From NCBI RefSeq assembly GCF_001564455.1, contig NZ_CP011391.1:1200001-1232000 (forward strand): DNA of 32,000 bases, written 5' to 3'. The notes beneath the pieces are model-generated. The model saw only the letters and a program-made list of their open reading frames with translations. It made no database searches and was not told the DNA's origin. Each line of letters starts with the position of its first letter. Positions within the stretch are counted from its first letter, which is position 1. Origin of the DNA: Faecalibaculum rodentium. Its GTDB lineage: Bacteria; Bacillota_I; Bacilli_A; Erysipelotrichales; Erysipelotrichaceae. Both the position numbers and the translations under genes were made by a program. Shown one piece after another: positions 8,758 to 16,699 of the stretch.

Positions 8758-9621
8758 TTACCTCCTGTTGTGTTCTTCCTGCCTGAGGAATTTGTAGTCG
8801 TCATACAGACCCTGCGGAATTCTGCCGGCATCAACTGCCTGCTTGATGGCGCAGTCCGGTTCATTGATATGCCGGCAGTCTGCAAACCGACACTGTCCGG
8901 TCCAGGGTGAAAAGGCGGTCAGTTTCCGGTCCAGGCCTGAAAGGTCCATCCTGGAAAAGTCGAGGCTTGAAAAGCCGGGAGTATCCGCAACCAGTCCTTT
9001 GGCGACTTCATGCAGCTCGCAGTGACGTGTTGTATGCTTTCCCCGCCCAAGCGCTTTGGAAATCTCCTGTGTGCGGAGATGGAAGGATGGATCCAGCCGG
9101 TTGAGTAGACTGCTTTTGCCGGCTCCCGACTGACCGCACAGCACGGAGATCCGGCCCTTCAGCAACGCTGCCAGCTGCTCATCTCCGGATTCCGGACATG
9201 ATTCCAGTACGGTATAGCCGCACGCAGCATACAGATCCAGCAGTCCGCGTATCTGCTCCAGTTCCCCCGGATCGACCAGATCGGTTTTTGTCAGCAGGAT
9301 GACCGGTCTGATGTTTGACAGCTCTGTCAGGAAAAGCAGCCGGTCGAGCAGACGCTGCGAAAAATCCGGATCCTTGCAGGACGTGACCACCAGTGCCTGA
9401 TCCACATTGGCAACCCGGGGCCTCAGCAGTTCGTTCTGCCGGGGATGGATCTTCTCAATCCGCCAGGAGTCCTGGATCCGGCTGACCGTGACATGGTCGC
9501 CCACCACCGGTTTCCGGTCTCTGCGCAGCTTTCCTGCGGGTACTGCCGTCACCGGTCCATCCGGAGTCTGGACGGTGTACTGACTGGAAATGATTTTTGT
9601 GACTGTCCCTTCTCTTTCCAT
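8758..9621 (-). CDS. rsgA: Ribosome small-subunit-dependent GTPase A
   Basis: Circularly permuted GTPase motifs (LLTKTDL, then GQSGAGKSSLLN, then DTPGF) and a C-terminal Zn-knuckle (C..C.H..EP.C). I prefer the start at 9621 (MEREGTV...) because AAGGAG lies 4 nt upstream. The ORF-track start at 9813 would run into prkC. Confidence 0.9.
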   Translation of the reverse strand: MEREGTVTKIISSQYTVQTPDGPVTAVPAGKLRRDRKPVVGDHVTVSRIQDSWRIEKIHPRQNELLRPRVANVDQALVVTSCKDPDFSQRLLDRLLFLTELSNIRPVILLTKTDLVDPGELEQIRGLLDLYAACGYTVLESCPESGDEQLAALLKGRISVLCGQSGAGKSSLLNRLDPSFHLRTQEISKALGRGKHTTRHCELHEVAKGLVADTPGFSSLDFSRMDLSGLDRKLTAFSPWTGQCRFADCRHINEPDCAIKQAVDAGRIPQGLYDDYKFLRQEEHNRR

Positions 9622-9655
9622 GGGCTCCTTTCCTGCTGCTTCCTTTCGCTTCATG

Positions 9656-11296
9656 TCAGTAGTACAGCGTAACGACACTGTCTGTGCCTTCCTGTGTATA
9701 GAGAGATCCCACAGGAGGATCCACCCGGACCACGTTTGTACCCTGTCCTGAAACCTGGCGGGTGATGACTGCGGCTCCTTCCCTGTTGAGCAGTCTTTTG
9801 GCTTCATCCACATCCATCCCGATCAGTTCCTGCGGAATGACAATCGAGGGATATTCGCTGATGACCAGTGACATGCGGTTATCTGCCTCTGGATCCACCC
9901 GGCTTCCGGGAACCAGTCCATTCTGTTCAAGCACAATGCCGGGATTGGTATCGGGTTCCCCCCGAGAGGTGATATCCAGCGTCACGTTCACATTGTGGGC
10001 CGCCAGATCGGCTTTGACGTCTTCCAGCGTACGGCCCGTGTAGTCCGGTATCAGAAAACTTGGTCCCTTGGACAGGGTCAGCACGATACTGGAATCCTGC
10101 GCAACGACACGTCCTGCATTGACCGACTGTGCGATGACCCGCCCCTGGTCCAGCGAGTCATCCACTTTGTATTCAAATTCTGCCTTTTCAGAATCGAATC
10201 CGGCCGCATCCAGCGACTGCAGCGCTTCTTCCTGTGTCTGGCCAACAAGTCCTGGCATTGTTTCATACCCCAGAAAACCGGGGATCCGCAGCAGTCCTGT
10301 CACGGATCCTGCGAACAGAACAAGCAGGAGGAGCACAACACCGGCCAGGACTCCCATCGCGATGCCCTTGACTCTGGAGAGCGCCTTCTTTTTCCGTCCC
10401 GCAGGTTTGGGGCGCGGTTCGTTCTGGCCCTTCAGATCCAGCGTGATCGTTTTCAGGTGCAGAGGAGGTTCCTGCGCCCGATCCGGGAGAAGACAGGTAT
10501 TCAGGTCCTGCACCATGTCACGGGCCGAAGGATATCGCTCGGCAGGATCCTTGGCGGCAGCCCGGACCACGATGTTTTCCACGGACTGCGGGATTGCCGG
10601 ATTGAACGAGCGGACAGAAGGCAGAGCCGACCGCAGATGCTGAACAGCGATTTCGGTCGGAGATGTGCCCTTGTAGGGTACATCCCCTGTAAGAAGCTCA
10701 TAAAACACAATGCCAAGGGAGTAGATGTCGATGGCCGGATCCGGTTCCTTCCCCTGTGCCTGTTCCGGAGCCAGATAATGGGCACTGCCCATGACTGCAT
10801 TGTTCCAGGTCAGCTGAACGGAATCGTTGGCGACCGCAATTCCGAAATCCGTGATTTTCACAGTTCCATCATCTTTGATCAGTACATTCTGCGGTTTGAT
10901 GTCCCGATGAATGATCTGATGTTCATGAGCATGACTGACCGCGCTGGTCAGCTGTTTCATGATCGCCACAGCCTCGGGCACATCAAGCGCCCCACGCTGC
11001 ATGACCAGCTGTTTGAGTGTCCGCCCCCGCACAAATTCCATCACGATATAGTGAAGTCCTTCGGCTTCCCCCACATCATAAATGTCAATGATATTGGGAT
11101 GCGACAGTTTGCTTGCTGCATAGGCCTCCCGCTGGAAGCGGACCAGAGTCATGGGATCTTCCGAAAGCTTTGAGCGGAGGACCTTGACTGCCACCACCCG
11201 GTTGAGGATGGTGTCGAAGGCTTTGTACACATCCGCCATGCCGCCCTGACCGATCAGGGCAATGATGGAGTAACGGTTGGCAACCTCCCGCAGCAT
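9656..11296 (-). CDS. prkC: Ser/Thr protein kinase with one TM helix and three extracellular PASTA repeats (PrkC/PknB type)
   Basis: Hanks kinase motifs (GQGGMADVYKA, HRDIKPQN, DFGIA, APE), the TM segment GIAMGVLAGVVLLLLVLFAG, and three repeats of the G...EA...L...G pattern. Confidence 0.95.
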   Translation of the reverse strand: MLREVANRYSIIALIGQGGMADVYKAFDTILNRVVAVKVLRSKLSEDPMTLVRFQREAYAASKLSHPNIIDIYDVGEAEGLHYIVMEFVRGRTLKQLVMQRGALDVPEAVAIMKQLTSAVSHAHEHQIIHRDIKPQNVLIKDDGTVKITDFGIAVANDSVQLTWNNAVMGSAHYLAPEQAQGKEPDPAIDIYSLGIVFYELLTGDVPYKGTSPTEIAVQHLRSALPSVRSFNPAIPQSVENIVVRAAAKDPAERYPSARDMVQDLNTCLLPDRAQEPPLHLKTITLDLKGQNEPRPKPAGRKKKALSRVKGIAMGVLAGVVLLLLVLFAGSVTGLLRIPGFLGYETMPGLVGQTQEEALQSLDAAGFDSEKAEFEYKVDDSLDQGRVIAQSVNAGRVVAQDSSIVLTLSKGPSFLIPDYTGRTLEDVKADLAAHNVNVTLDITSRGEPDTNPGIVLEQNGLVPGSRVDPEADNRMSLVISEYPSIVIPQELIGMDVDEAKRLLNREGAAVITRQVSGQGTNVVRVDPPVGSLYTQEGTDSVVTLYY

Positions 11297-12078
11297 TACG
11301 ACCGTTCCCTTCCCCCGCTGCCGGAATCCAGTTCATGGGCAAACTGAGGCTCCTGTTCCAGCAGGATCACAGTAACATTGTCAAGACCGCCGGCTGCATT
11401 TGCACGGTCGATCAGCATTCCCGATTTCTGCTCCGGCGTGAAAATCGGATCCTGGATCACTTTTTCAATCTCATCCTGTGAAACGTAGCCGTGCAGCCCG
11501 TCACTGCAGACAAGCAGCTGCTTCCAGGTGGATTCGATTTTGTCCACATCGATGCGGAACACACGCCAGACACCCAGAGCGTTGGTCAGTGTGTTCCGCT
11601 GGCTGTGGGTCCGGGCTTCTTCCGGGGTGATCCGGTTTTCCCGCACGAGCTGTGCAATCACACTGTGGTCTTCTGTCATCTGTGTCAGGCCGTCGTCATA
11701 GAAGGCATACAGCCTCGAGTCGCCCACATTGAAAATATAGGTGCCGATTTCACAGATCAGGACTCCGACAGCTGTAGTACCCATTCCCCTGACTTTTTTG
11801 CTTTTCATCGACCGGCTGTAGATCTGATCATTGGCCTTGTGCAGCACCTGACGCAGCCAGCTGTCCACTTCATAGTCATGCGCAAATTCCGGACATTTCC
11901 GGAAGGAGTCCGACATGGTTTTCACGGCAATGCGGCTGGCTTCTTCGCCGGCTGCGCTGCCTCCGATCCCGTCACATACCACGGCCAGGATATCTTCGTG
12001 ACGGTTGGTCATGATCAGGTAGCTGTCTTCGTTGACGGGGCGTACCTTTCCGGGGTCTGTACGGCCTGAAATGATCAT
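11296..12078 (-). CDS. prpC: PP2C-family Ser/Thr phosphatase (Stp/PrpC)
   Basis: GRTDPGKVRPVNEDS, VCDGIGG, DGLHG, GGLDNVTV. Its stop overlaps the prkC start (TAATG). Confidence 0.92.
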   Translation of the reverse strand: MIISGRTDPGKVRPVNEDSYLIMTNRHEDILAVVCDGIGGSAAGEEASRIAVKTMSDSFRKCPEFAHDYEVDSWLRQVLHKANDQIYSRSMKSKKVRGMGTTAVGVLICEIGTYIFNVGDSRLYAFYDDGLTQMTEDHSVIAQLVRENRITPEEARTHSQRNTLTNALGVWRVFRIDVDKIESTWKQLLVCSDGLHGYVSQDEIEKVIQDPIFTPEQKSGMLIDRANAAGGLDNVTVILLEQEPQFAHELDSGSGGRERS

Positions 12079-13118
12079 TGACCTGTTCCTTTCCTGACTT
12101 CCTTGATCCGCAGCTGCCCGCAGGCTGCATCGATGTCGCCGCCATGTTCTTTCCGGATCGTGCAGCGCACTCCTTCTTTCATGAGAAGGTCGTAGAATTT
12201 CATGGCTTCTTCCCGGTTCACGCTCCGGAATCCATGTTCATCCACGGAATTGTAGGGAATCAGATTCACGTAGGCTGTCATGCCCCGAAGGAACGCTGCC
12301 AGCTGCTTCGCATGTTCGGGCCTGTCATTGACTCCCTTGAGCAGAATGTATTCGAAGGTGAGTTTCCGGTTGTTTTCCCGGCAGTAGTATTCCAGGGCTT
12401 TTTTCAGTTCCTCCAGCGGATAGGCCCGATTGACGGGCATGAGCTTTGAGCGCAGCTCGTCATTGGGGGCATGCAGGGAGATTGCCAGATTGTACTGCGG
12501 ATGCATGTCTGCAAATTCGTAGATCTTCGGAACAATGCCGCAGGTGGAAATCGTGATGTGACGGGCACCTATGGCCAGTCCCCTGTCGTGATTCACGGTC
12601 CGGATGAACCGCATGACATTTTCAAAGTTGTCGAATGGTTCACCGGTGCCCATGACGACCACATGGGATACCCGTTCGTCATTGCCAAGGTACTCCTGGA
12701 CCGCCATGACCTGTGCCACCATTTCGCCGCTGGTCAGATCACGCTTTTTCTTTGTCAGGCCTGAAGCACAGAAGGCACAGCCCATGTTGCAGCCTACCTG
12801 GCTGCTCACACACACAGAATTGCCGTAATCGAAACGCATCAGCACACTCTCAAGAAGCGCCCCGTCAGCGGTACGGAACAGGAATTTCACCGTACCGTCC
12901 TTTGATTCCTGTTTGCGGACCAGCTCCAGCGGTGACAGTTCAAATTCCTGCTTCAGTGTCTCCCTGGTCTCTTTTGAAAGATTGGTCATGTCATCAAATG
13001 CATGGACCCGCTCCCGGTACAGCCATTGAAAGATCTGCTGTCCGCGGAACTTTTTCCACCCGTGATCCAGGGCGGCCTGTTCCATCTGTTCATAATCAAG
13101 ATCATAAATGCTTTTCAT
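12075..13118 (-). CDS. rlmN: 23S rRNA/tRNA adenine-C2 methyltransferase, radical SAM (RlmN)
   Basis: Radical-SAM cluster motif GCNMGCAFCASG and conserved C-terminal GGDIDAACGQL. I prefer the start at 13118 (MKSIYDL...) because of the GGGAGG RBS. The ORF-track start at 13208 is an extension. Confidence 0.93.
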   Translation of the reverse strand: MKSIYDLDYEQMEQAALDHGWKKFRGQQIFQWLYRERVHAFDDMTNLSKETRETLKQEFELSPLELVRKQESKDGTVKFLFRTADGALLESVLMRFDYGNSVCVSSQVGCNMGCAFCASGLTKKKRDLTSGEMVAQVMAVQEYLGNDERVSHVVVMGTGEPFDNFENVMRFIRTVNHDRGLAIGARHITISTCGIVPKIYEFADMHPQYNLAISLHAPNDELRSKLMPVNRAYPLEELKKALEYYCRENNRKLTFEYILLKGVNDRPEHAKQLAAFLRGMTAYVNLIPYNSVDEHGFRSVNREEAMKFYDLLMKEGVRCTIRKEHGGDIDAACGQLRIKEVRKGTGQ

Positions 13119-13403
13119 GGTGTACCTCCCGCACCCGGACCGGTCTGGTCCGGTCTCACTGTCAACTTGTTTATTATACCCCATCCGGGCAGGGTCTGTA
13201 ATCGGCACCTGTCCCGATACTGGATATGCCGGCAGGACAGAAAGGATGTTGACTTATCTGCCTGAAATGCAACAACATATTGATGACAAGTAAAGCGTTT
13301 CCGGATACTCTTTCTGACAGTACCCCACTGACCGGCCTGGACCGGACTGCTCAGCGGCTGTTGCCTGCCCTCCATCCGGTTTCCGGTATTCCCCGTCACA
13401 TGG

Positions 13404-13432
13404 AAAACAGGTCTGCTGTGTGCAGAACCTGC
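13404..13432 (-). terminator. Intrinsic terminator after the PTS-remnant locus
   Basis: Minus strand reads CAGGTTCTGC-acaca-GCAGACCTG followed by TTTTCC, about 25 nt after the stop at 13455. Confidence 0.6.
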
Positions 13433-13454
13433 TTCGTGTCATGGTTTCGTGATG

Positions 13455-14059
13455 TCAGTGAAACAGATCTTTATACAGTTGCACACTGTCTCTGGCTGTT
13501 TTGAGCATTGTCATGAATTCCCTGTCGCTGATACAGGGAATCAGTTCTTTGTAAAACGTTTCGATCCGCCGTTTCTCCTCCCTGGAATTCATGTTGAATG
13601 CCGCGAAAAAGATGATATCCGCCATCTCCTCTCCGTCCCACAGCGTCGGTTTTTCCAGGGTCATCAGAACAACAAGAGACTCATTGACATACTCCGGATC
13701 TCCGTGGGGAAAGGCGATGGAACTGCCGATGGATGTCGAAGTCAGCTGCTCCCGACGCAAAGCCGACTGGTACAGTCCCGAGGAGCAGTATCCTTTTTCC
13801 TCCAGCCAGGCTGTCATGAACCGCAGAAGCGTTTCTTTGTCTTCAAAGGCCTGGTGCAGAAAAATCAGGTCAGGAGAGAAAAGAGAAGAACACTCTGCAG
13901 AAAATGAGCGGAAGCCGAAAACCGGTTCTTCTGTCTTCTGGAAATCTTCTGTTTCAGCTCCAGTATTCCGTCCTCACTGAGCAGATTGTCAACCACCACC
14001 TCCCGGGGATCGGCACAGGAACTGCGGGTGATGATCAGGTCCGCCGATGATCGTTCCAA
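13455..14059 (-). pseudogene. 3' remnant of a PRD-type PTS regulator (MtlR/LicR-like). Only the end of the EIIB-like domain and the EIIA(Mtl/Fru-type) domain remain, and they are split by a frameshift.
   Basis: Frame A reads ...SSADLIITRSSCADPREVVVDNLLSEDGILELKQKI and stops at 13865. Frame B is open from about 13970 and reads ...PDLIFLHQAFEDKETLLRFMTAWLEEKGY...REQLTSTSIGSSIAFPHGD..., a complete EIIA-2 fold signature. No HTH or PRD part is present. Confidence 0.6.
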
Positions 14060-14156
14060 AGGACTGCAGCAGACCTCCCATACAGATAACGGGAATGAAG
14101 TATGAAATACAGGTCAGGATCAGCTGAACCAGCAGCGCCTTGAGTTTTTCCTTCAT
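13989..14156 (-). pseudogene. Truncated PTS EIIC (fructose family). Only about 35 N-terminal codons remain, running into unrelated sequence.
   Basis: ATG at 14156 overlaps the EIIB stop (ATGA). MKEKLKALLVQLILTCISYFIPVICMGGLLQSFG matches the start of fructose-type EIIC (..SY..P.v..GG.l.a..). The frame then reads PDHHPQFLCRSPGGGG and stops. Confidence 0.6.
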
Positions 14157-14495
14157 GACATGACCCCCTGAGACAGTTTGTGCTCAACGGTGGCGATCAG
14201 ACGCTCCGGCTGTTTGATTGCGACAGCGGAGCTTACACGGACTATGGGTTTCCCTTTGAACCGTTCCTGTCTGGCGACTGCGATATCCGCTTCGAGAATG
14301 ATGGCATCCGCAGCCCGGATCACATCCTGTGACAGTTCATCTTCGATGCCGATGTTTCCTGGGTTTTCACGCTGATGCTGTGACCGCGGTTCTGTGCGGC
14401 TTCAATGAGTTTCTCTTTGGCAATATAGGTATGAGCCACGCCTATGGTGCAGGCGGTAATAGCAGCAATATTCAGGTAATAGCAGCAATATTCAT
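14153..14495 (-). pseudogene. PTS EIIB (fructose type), disrupted by a 20-bp tandem duplication and a separate 1-nt deletion
   Basis: With the duplication removed it reads MNIAAITACTIGVAHTYIAKEKLIEAAQNRGHSISVKTQ (active-site Cys in TAC.TG.AHTY). As it stands it reads ATG AAT ATT GCT GCT ATT ACC TGA. Downstream the frame shifts at CAGGAAAC (expected CAGGGAAAC), after which ...GNIGIEDELSQDVIRAADAIILEADIAV...SQGVMS continues in another frame. Confidence 0.75.
14455..14494. repeat. Perfect 20-bp tandem duplication (2 x GGTAATAGCAGCAATATTCA)
   Basis: Positions 14455-14474 and 14475-14494 are identical. The duplication covers codons 1-7 of the EIIB gene. Confidence 0.95.
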
Positions 14496-14566
14496 GAGTA
14501 TCTCCTGTTCTTTCAGAAGTTGACTGAGAAACGGGAATTCGTTTCCTTGATGAGACGGGATCACTG

Positions 14567-15007
14567 TCAGAGAAGCCCGTACAGTTCTTCTTTTGTCTTA
14601 ATGCAGTTCAGTGCATCTCTGGTCTCTTTGCGGATCAGGTGCATGGCCAGTTCCGACAGCATCCGGATATGGACCTTGTCACCGTTTTCCGGAATGGCAA
14701 GCAGAAAGACATGCCGGACGGGTTTTCCGTCCATGGATTCCCATTCAATGGGAACGGCGAGCCGGACATAGGCAATCGCAGCCTTGCTGACAGTTGCATC
14801 GATCCCTTGGGGAATTGCGATCCCTTCCTCGAGTCCGGTTTCCGACAGTGTTTCCCTGTACTCCACGGCTTTCCGGAATCTGTCGGGATCTTCCACGATG
14901 CCAGCCCTGTTCAGATCCTGGGACAGGGTCCGAAGTACGGCTTCCTTGGAATCCAGCAGCAGGTCGAACGAAATACACGACTCATTCAGCAGCTCTCTCA
15001 GGTTCAT
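14567..15007 (-). CDS. PTS EIIA (fructose/mannitol/PtsN type, EIIA-2) with the phospho-acceptor His replaced by Gln
   Basis: 146 aa starting from MNLRELL, with RBS GGGAGGTG. RETLSETGLEEGIAIPQGIDATV aligns with the family signature RE...T..G.GIAIPHG. Codon CAA sits at 14807-14809 where His is expected. Confidence 0.75.
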   Translation of the reverse strand: MNLRELLNESCISFDLLLDSKEAVLRTLSQDLNRAGIVEDPDRFRKAVEYRETLSETGLEEGIAIPQGIDATVSKAAIAYVRLAVPIEWESMDGKPVRHVFLLAIPENGDKVHIRMLSELAMHLIRKETRDALNCIKTKEELYGLL

Positions 15008-15032
15008 TTCTTCACCTCCCTGTTTTTTTTGT

Positions 15033-15046
15033 GGTAAGCGCTTTCC
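15033..15046. promoter_or_regulatory. cre-like (CcpA-type) palindrome in the leader of the PTS remnant
   Basis: GGTAAGCGCTTTCC has the central core AAGCGCTT. It has 2 mismatches to WTGNAANCGNWNNCW on either strand and lies about 25 nt upstream of the EIIA start. Confidence 0.3.
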
Positions 15047-15203
15047 TTTACAATCACAGTATAGTAAGAAGACCGGTTCACGGATTTCGTGAGGGGGCAT
15101 AATAAACTGCCCCCAAAACGGAACAGATGCAAAGGGCAGATATTTCCGCACAGACAGTCTGTCCCCGCTCTTGAGGGCAGAATTCAATCTGCCTTTTGAA
15201 GTT

Positions 15204-15237
15204 CATGGCAGGTTTTCTGCGTGCAAAAACCTGCCAT
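15204..15237. promoter_or_regulatory. 13-bp perfect inverted repeat with an 8-nt spacer
   Basis: CATGGCAGGTTTT-ctgcgtgc-AAAACCTGCCATG, about 200 nt upstream of the EIIA start and just after the rsmB terminator. Confidence 0.4.
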
Positions 15238-15243
15238 GGATGC

Positions 15244-15282
15244 AAAAAAAACGCCAGCCGGCATTTGACTGCCATCCTGGCG
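15244..15282 (-). terminator. Intrinsic terminator of rsmB
   Basis: Minus strand reads CGCCAG...CTGGCG with an inner GGCA/TGCC stem, followed by T8. Confidence 0.7.
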
Positions 15283-15316
15283 CTGAGCACTGTTGCTGAA
15301 TGTTCGATTCTGATAT

Positions 15317-16606
15317 TTACTCTTCCGGCTGTACGATCTGTTTCATTCCGTCGTCCGCGGCTTTGCTCTGCTCTCTCCGGCTGAGCCTGGCCATATAGAA
15401 TCCGTTTCGGGTTTCGTCGGGGAACACAGTCTGTTCTTCCTCCAGCTGCCAGTCCGGATGGCTGTCCAGAAACTTTTCCACCTGTTTCTCGTTTTCCTTC
15501 CGGTCCAGCGTGCAGGTGGAATAGACAAGTTTGCCGTCCGGTTTCAGATGAGCGGCAGCTTCTTCCAGGATTTCTGCCTGCAAAGGCAGCAGCGAGTCCA
15601 GCGTTTCCGGTTTCAGCTTCAGCTTGATGTCCGGCTTCCGGGCCAGGACACCATACCCGGTACAGGGAACATCACACAGGATCCTGTCATACAGACCGGC
15701 ATCAGACAGATCCCGTGCATCCCGTACACTCGCATGGACATTTTTCAGGTGAAGTCTGCGGGCATCAGTCTTGATCAGCTCCACCCGGTGTTCATGAACA
15801 TCCGAGGCATCCACTGCCCCGCTGTCAAGACGTTCGGCAATGGCCATGGATTTTGTACCGGGGGCAGCACAGACATCCAGCACGGATTCGCCATCCTGCA
15901 CATCCAGAAACTTCACGATCTCAAAGGAACCGGGATCCTGCACGCTCATCCGGCCCTGACGGTAAAAGGGATGTCTGGCAGCGCTGCTGCCAGTGAAACG
16001 GCCCATATCTGCATCCATTTGTTCGATTTCGGGGTCTGCAAAGAATTCCTCTTCCCCGATGCGCCTGGGATTGCGGCGGACATAAACCGGCAGCACAGCA
16101 TTGGATGTTTTTGCCATCTGCTCTGCCTTTTCCAGACCATAATGGTTTTCCCACAGCCGGATCAGCCACAGAGGAATGGAATAGCGGACTGACAGCCTTT
16201 CCAGCGTATCCGATGGCAGCTTGACCTTGTCACGCAGCACACTGCGCAATACGCCATTGACATAGCCGGATGCTTTTCGAAACCGCTTGTGTGCCAGCTT
16301 GACTGCCGCATCCACAGCAGCATAATCCGGTATTTTTTTCAGGAAGATGATCTGGTAAATCGTCATGGCGAGCAGGATCCTGATTTTCGGATCCGGTGTC
16401 CGGTCAGTATGCTTCGATATGACATAGTCACACAGACCCCAGTTCTGGATGGTGCCATAAAAGATCCTCGTGGCCAGCGGCCGCTGATTCTCCGGGAGTT
16501 CATCCAGATGATCTTTCAGATACAGATTCGAGTACGTGCCTTTCAGGATCACGGCACAGAGAGCGTCATAAATCCAGGCTCTCATGTCAGGGAGTTTGTT
16601 CTCCAT
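15317..16606 (-). CDS. rsmB: 16S rRNA (cytosine967-C5)-methyltransferase RsmB/Sun
   Basis: NusB-like N-terminal half plus a SAM methyltransferase half (DVCAAPGTKS, DRILCDVPCTGYGV, YSTCT). ATG at 16606; the ORF-track start at 16609 is a TTG one codon upstream. Confidence 0.92.
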   Translation of the reverse strand: MENKLPDMRAWIYDALCAVILKGTYSNLYLKDHLDELPENQRPLATRIFYGTIQNWGLCDYVISKHTDRTPDPKIRILLAMTIYQIIFLKKIPDYAAVDAAVKLAHKRFRKASGYVNGVLRSVLRDKVKLPSDTLERLSVRYSIPLWLIRLWENHYGLEKAEQMAKTSNAVLPVYVRRNPRRIGEEEFFADPEIEQMDADMGRFTGSSAARHPFYRQGRMSVQDPGSFEIVKFLDVQDGESVLDVCAAPGTKSMAIAERLDSGAVDASDVHEHRVELIKTDARRLHLKNVHASVRDARDLSDAGLYDRILCDVPCTGYGVLARKPDIKLKLKPETLDSLLPLQAEILEEAAAHLKPDGKLVYSTCTLDRKENEKQVEKFLDSHPDWQLEEEQTVFPDETRNGFYMARLSRREQSKAADDGMKQIVQPEE

Positions 16607-16699
16607 CAATTCTTCACTTCTTTCCTGTCCCCGGTCAGCTGTCTGCCGGAGCCATTGTCCTGTCCCCGGTCTCCGTCAGGATTGAACCCCGGTCGGTGT

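Noticed and set aside
14030-14052. A 7-bp direct repeat GATGATC (14030-14036 and 14046-14052) at the EIIC/regulator fusion point, considered as possible deletion microhomology
   Set aside because: A microhomology-mediated deletion leaves one copy of the repeat, not two. The match is short enough to be chance.
15204-15237. The palindrome as a RAT (ribonucleic antiterminator) target of a BglG/LicT-type antiterminator
   Set aside because: It shares only the AAAACCT motif with the RAT consensus (GGATTGTTACTG...GCAGGCAAAACC). The arm arrangement is different, no overlapping terminator follows, and the regulator remnant looks like a DNA-binding MtlR/LicR-type activator rather than an RNA-binding antiterminator.
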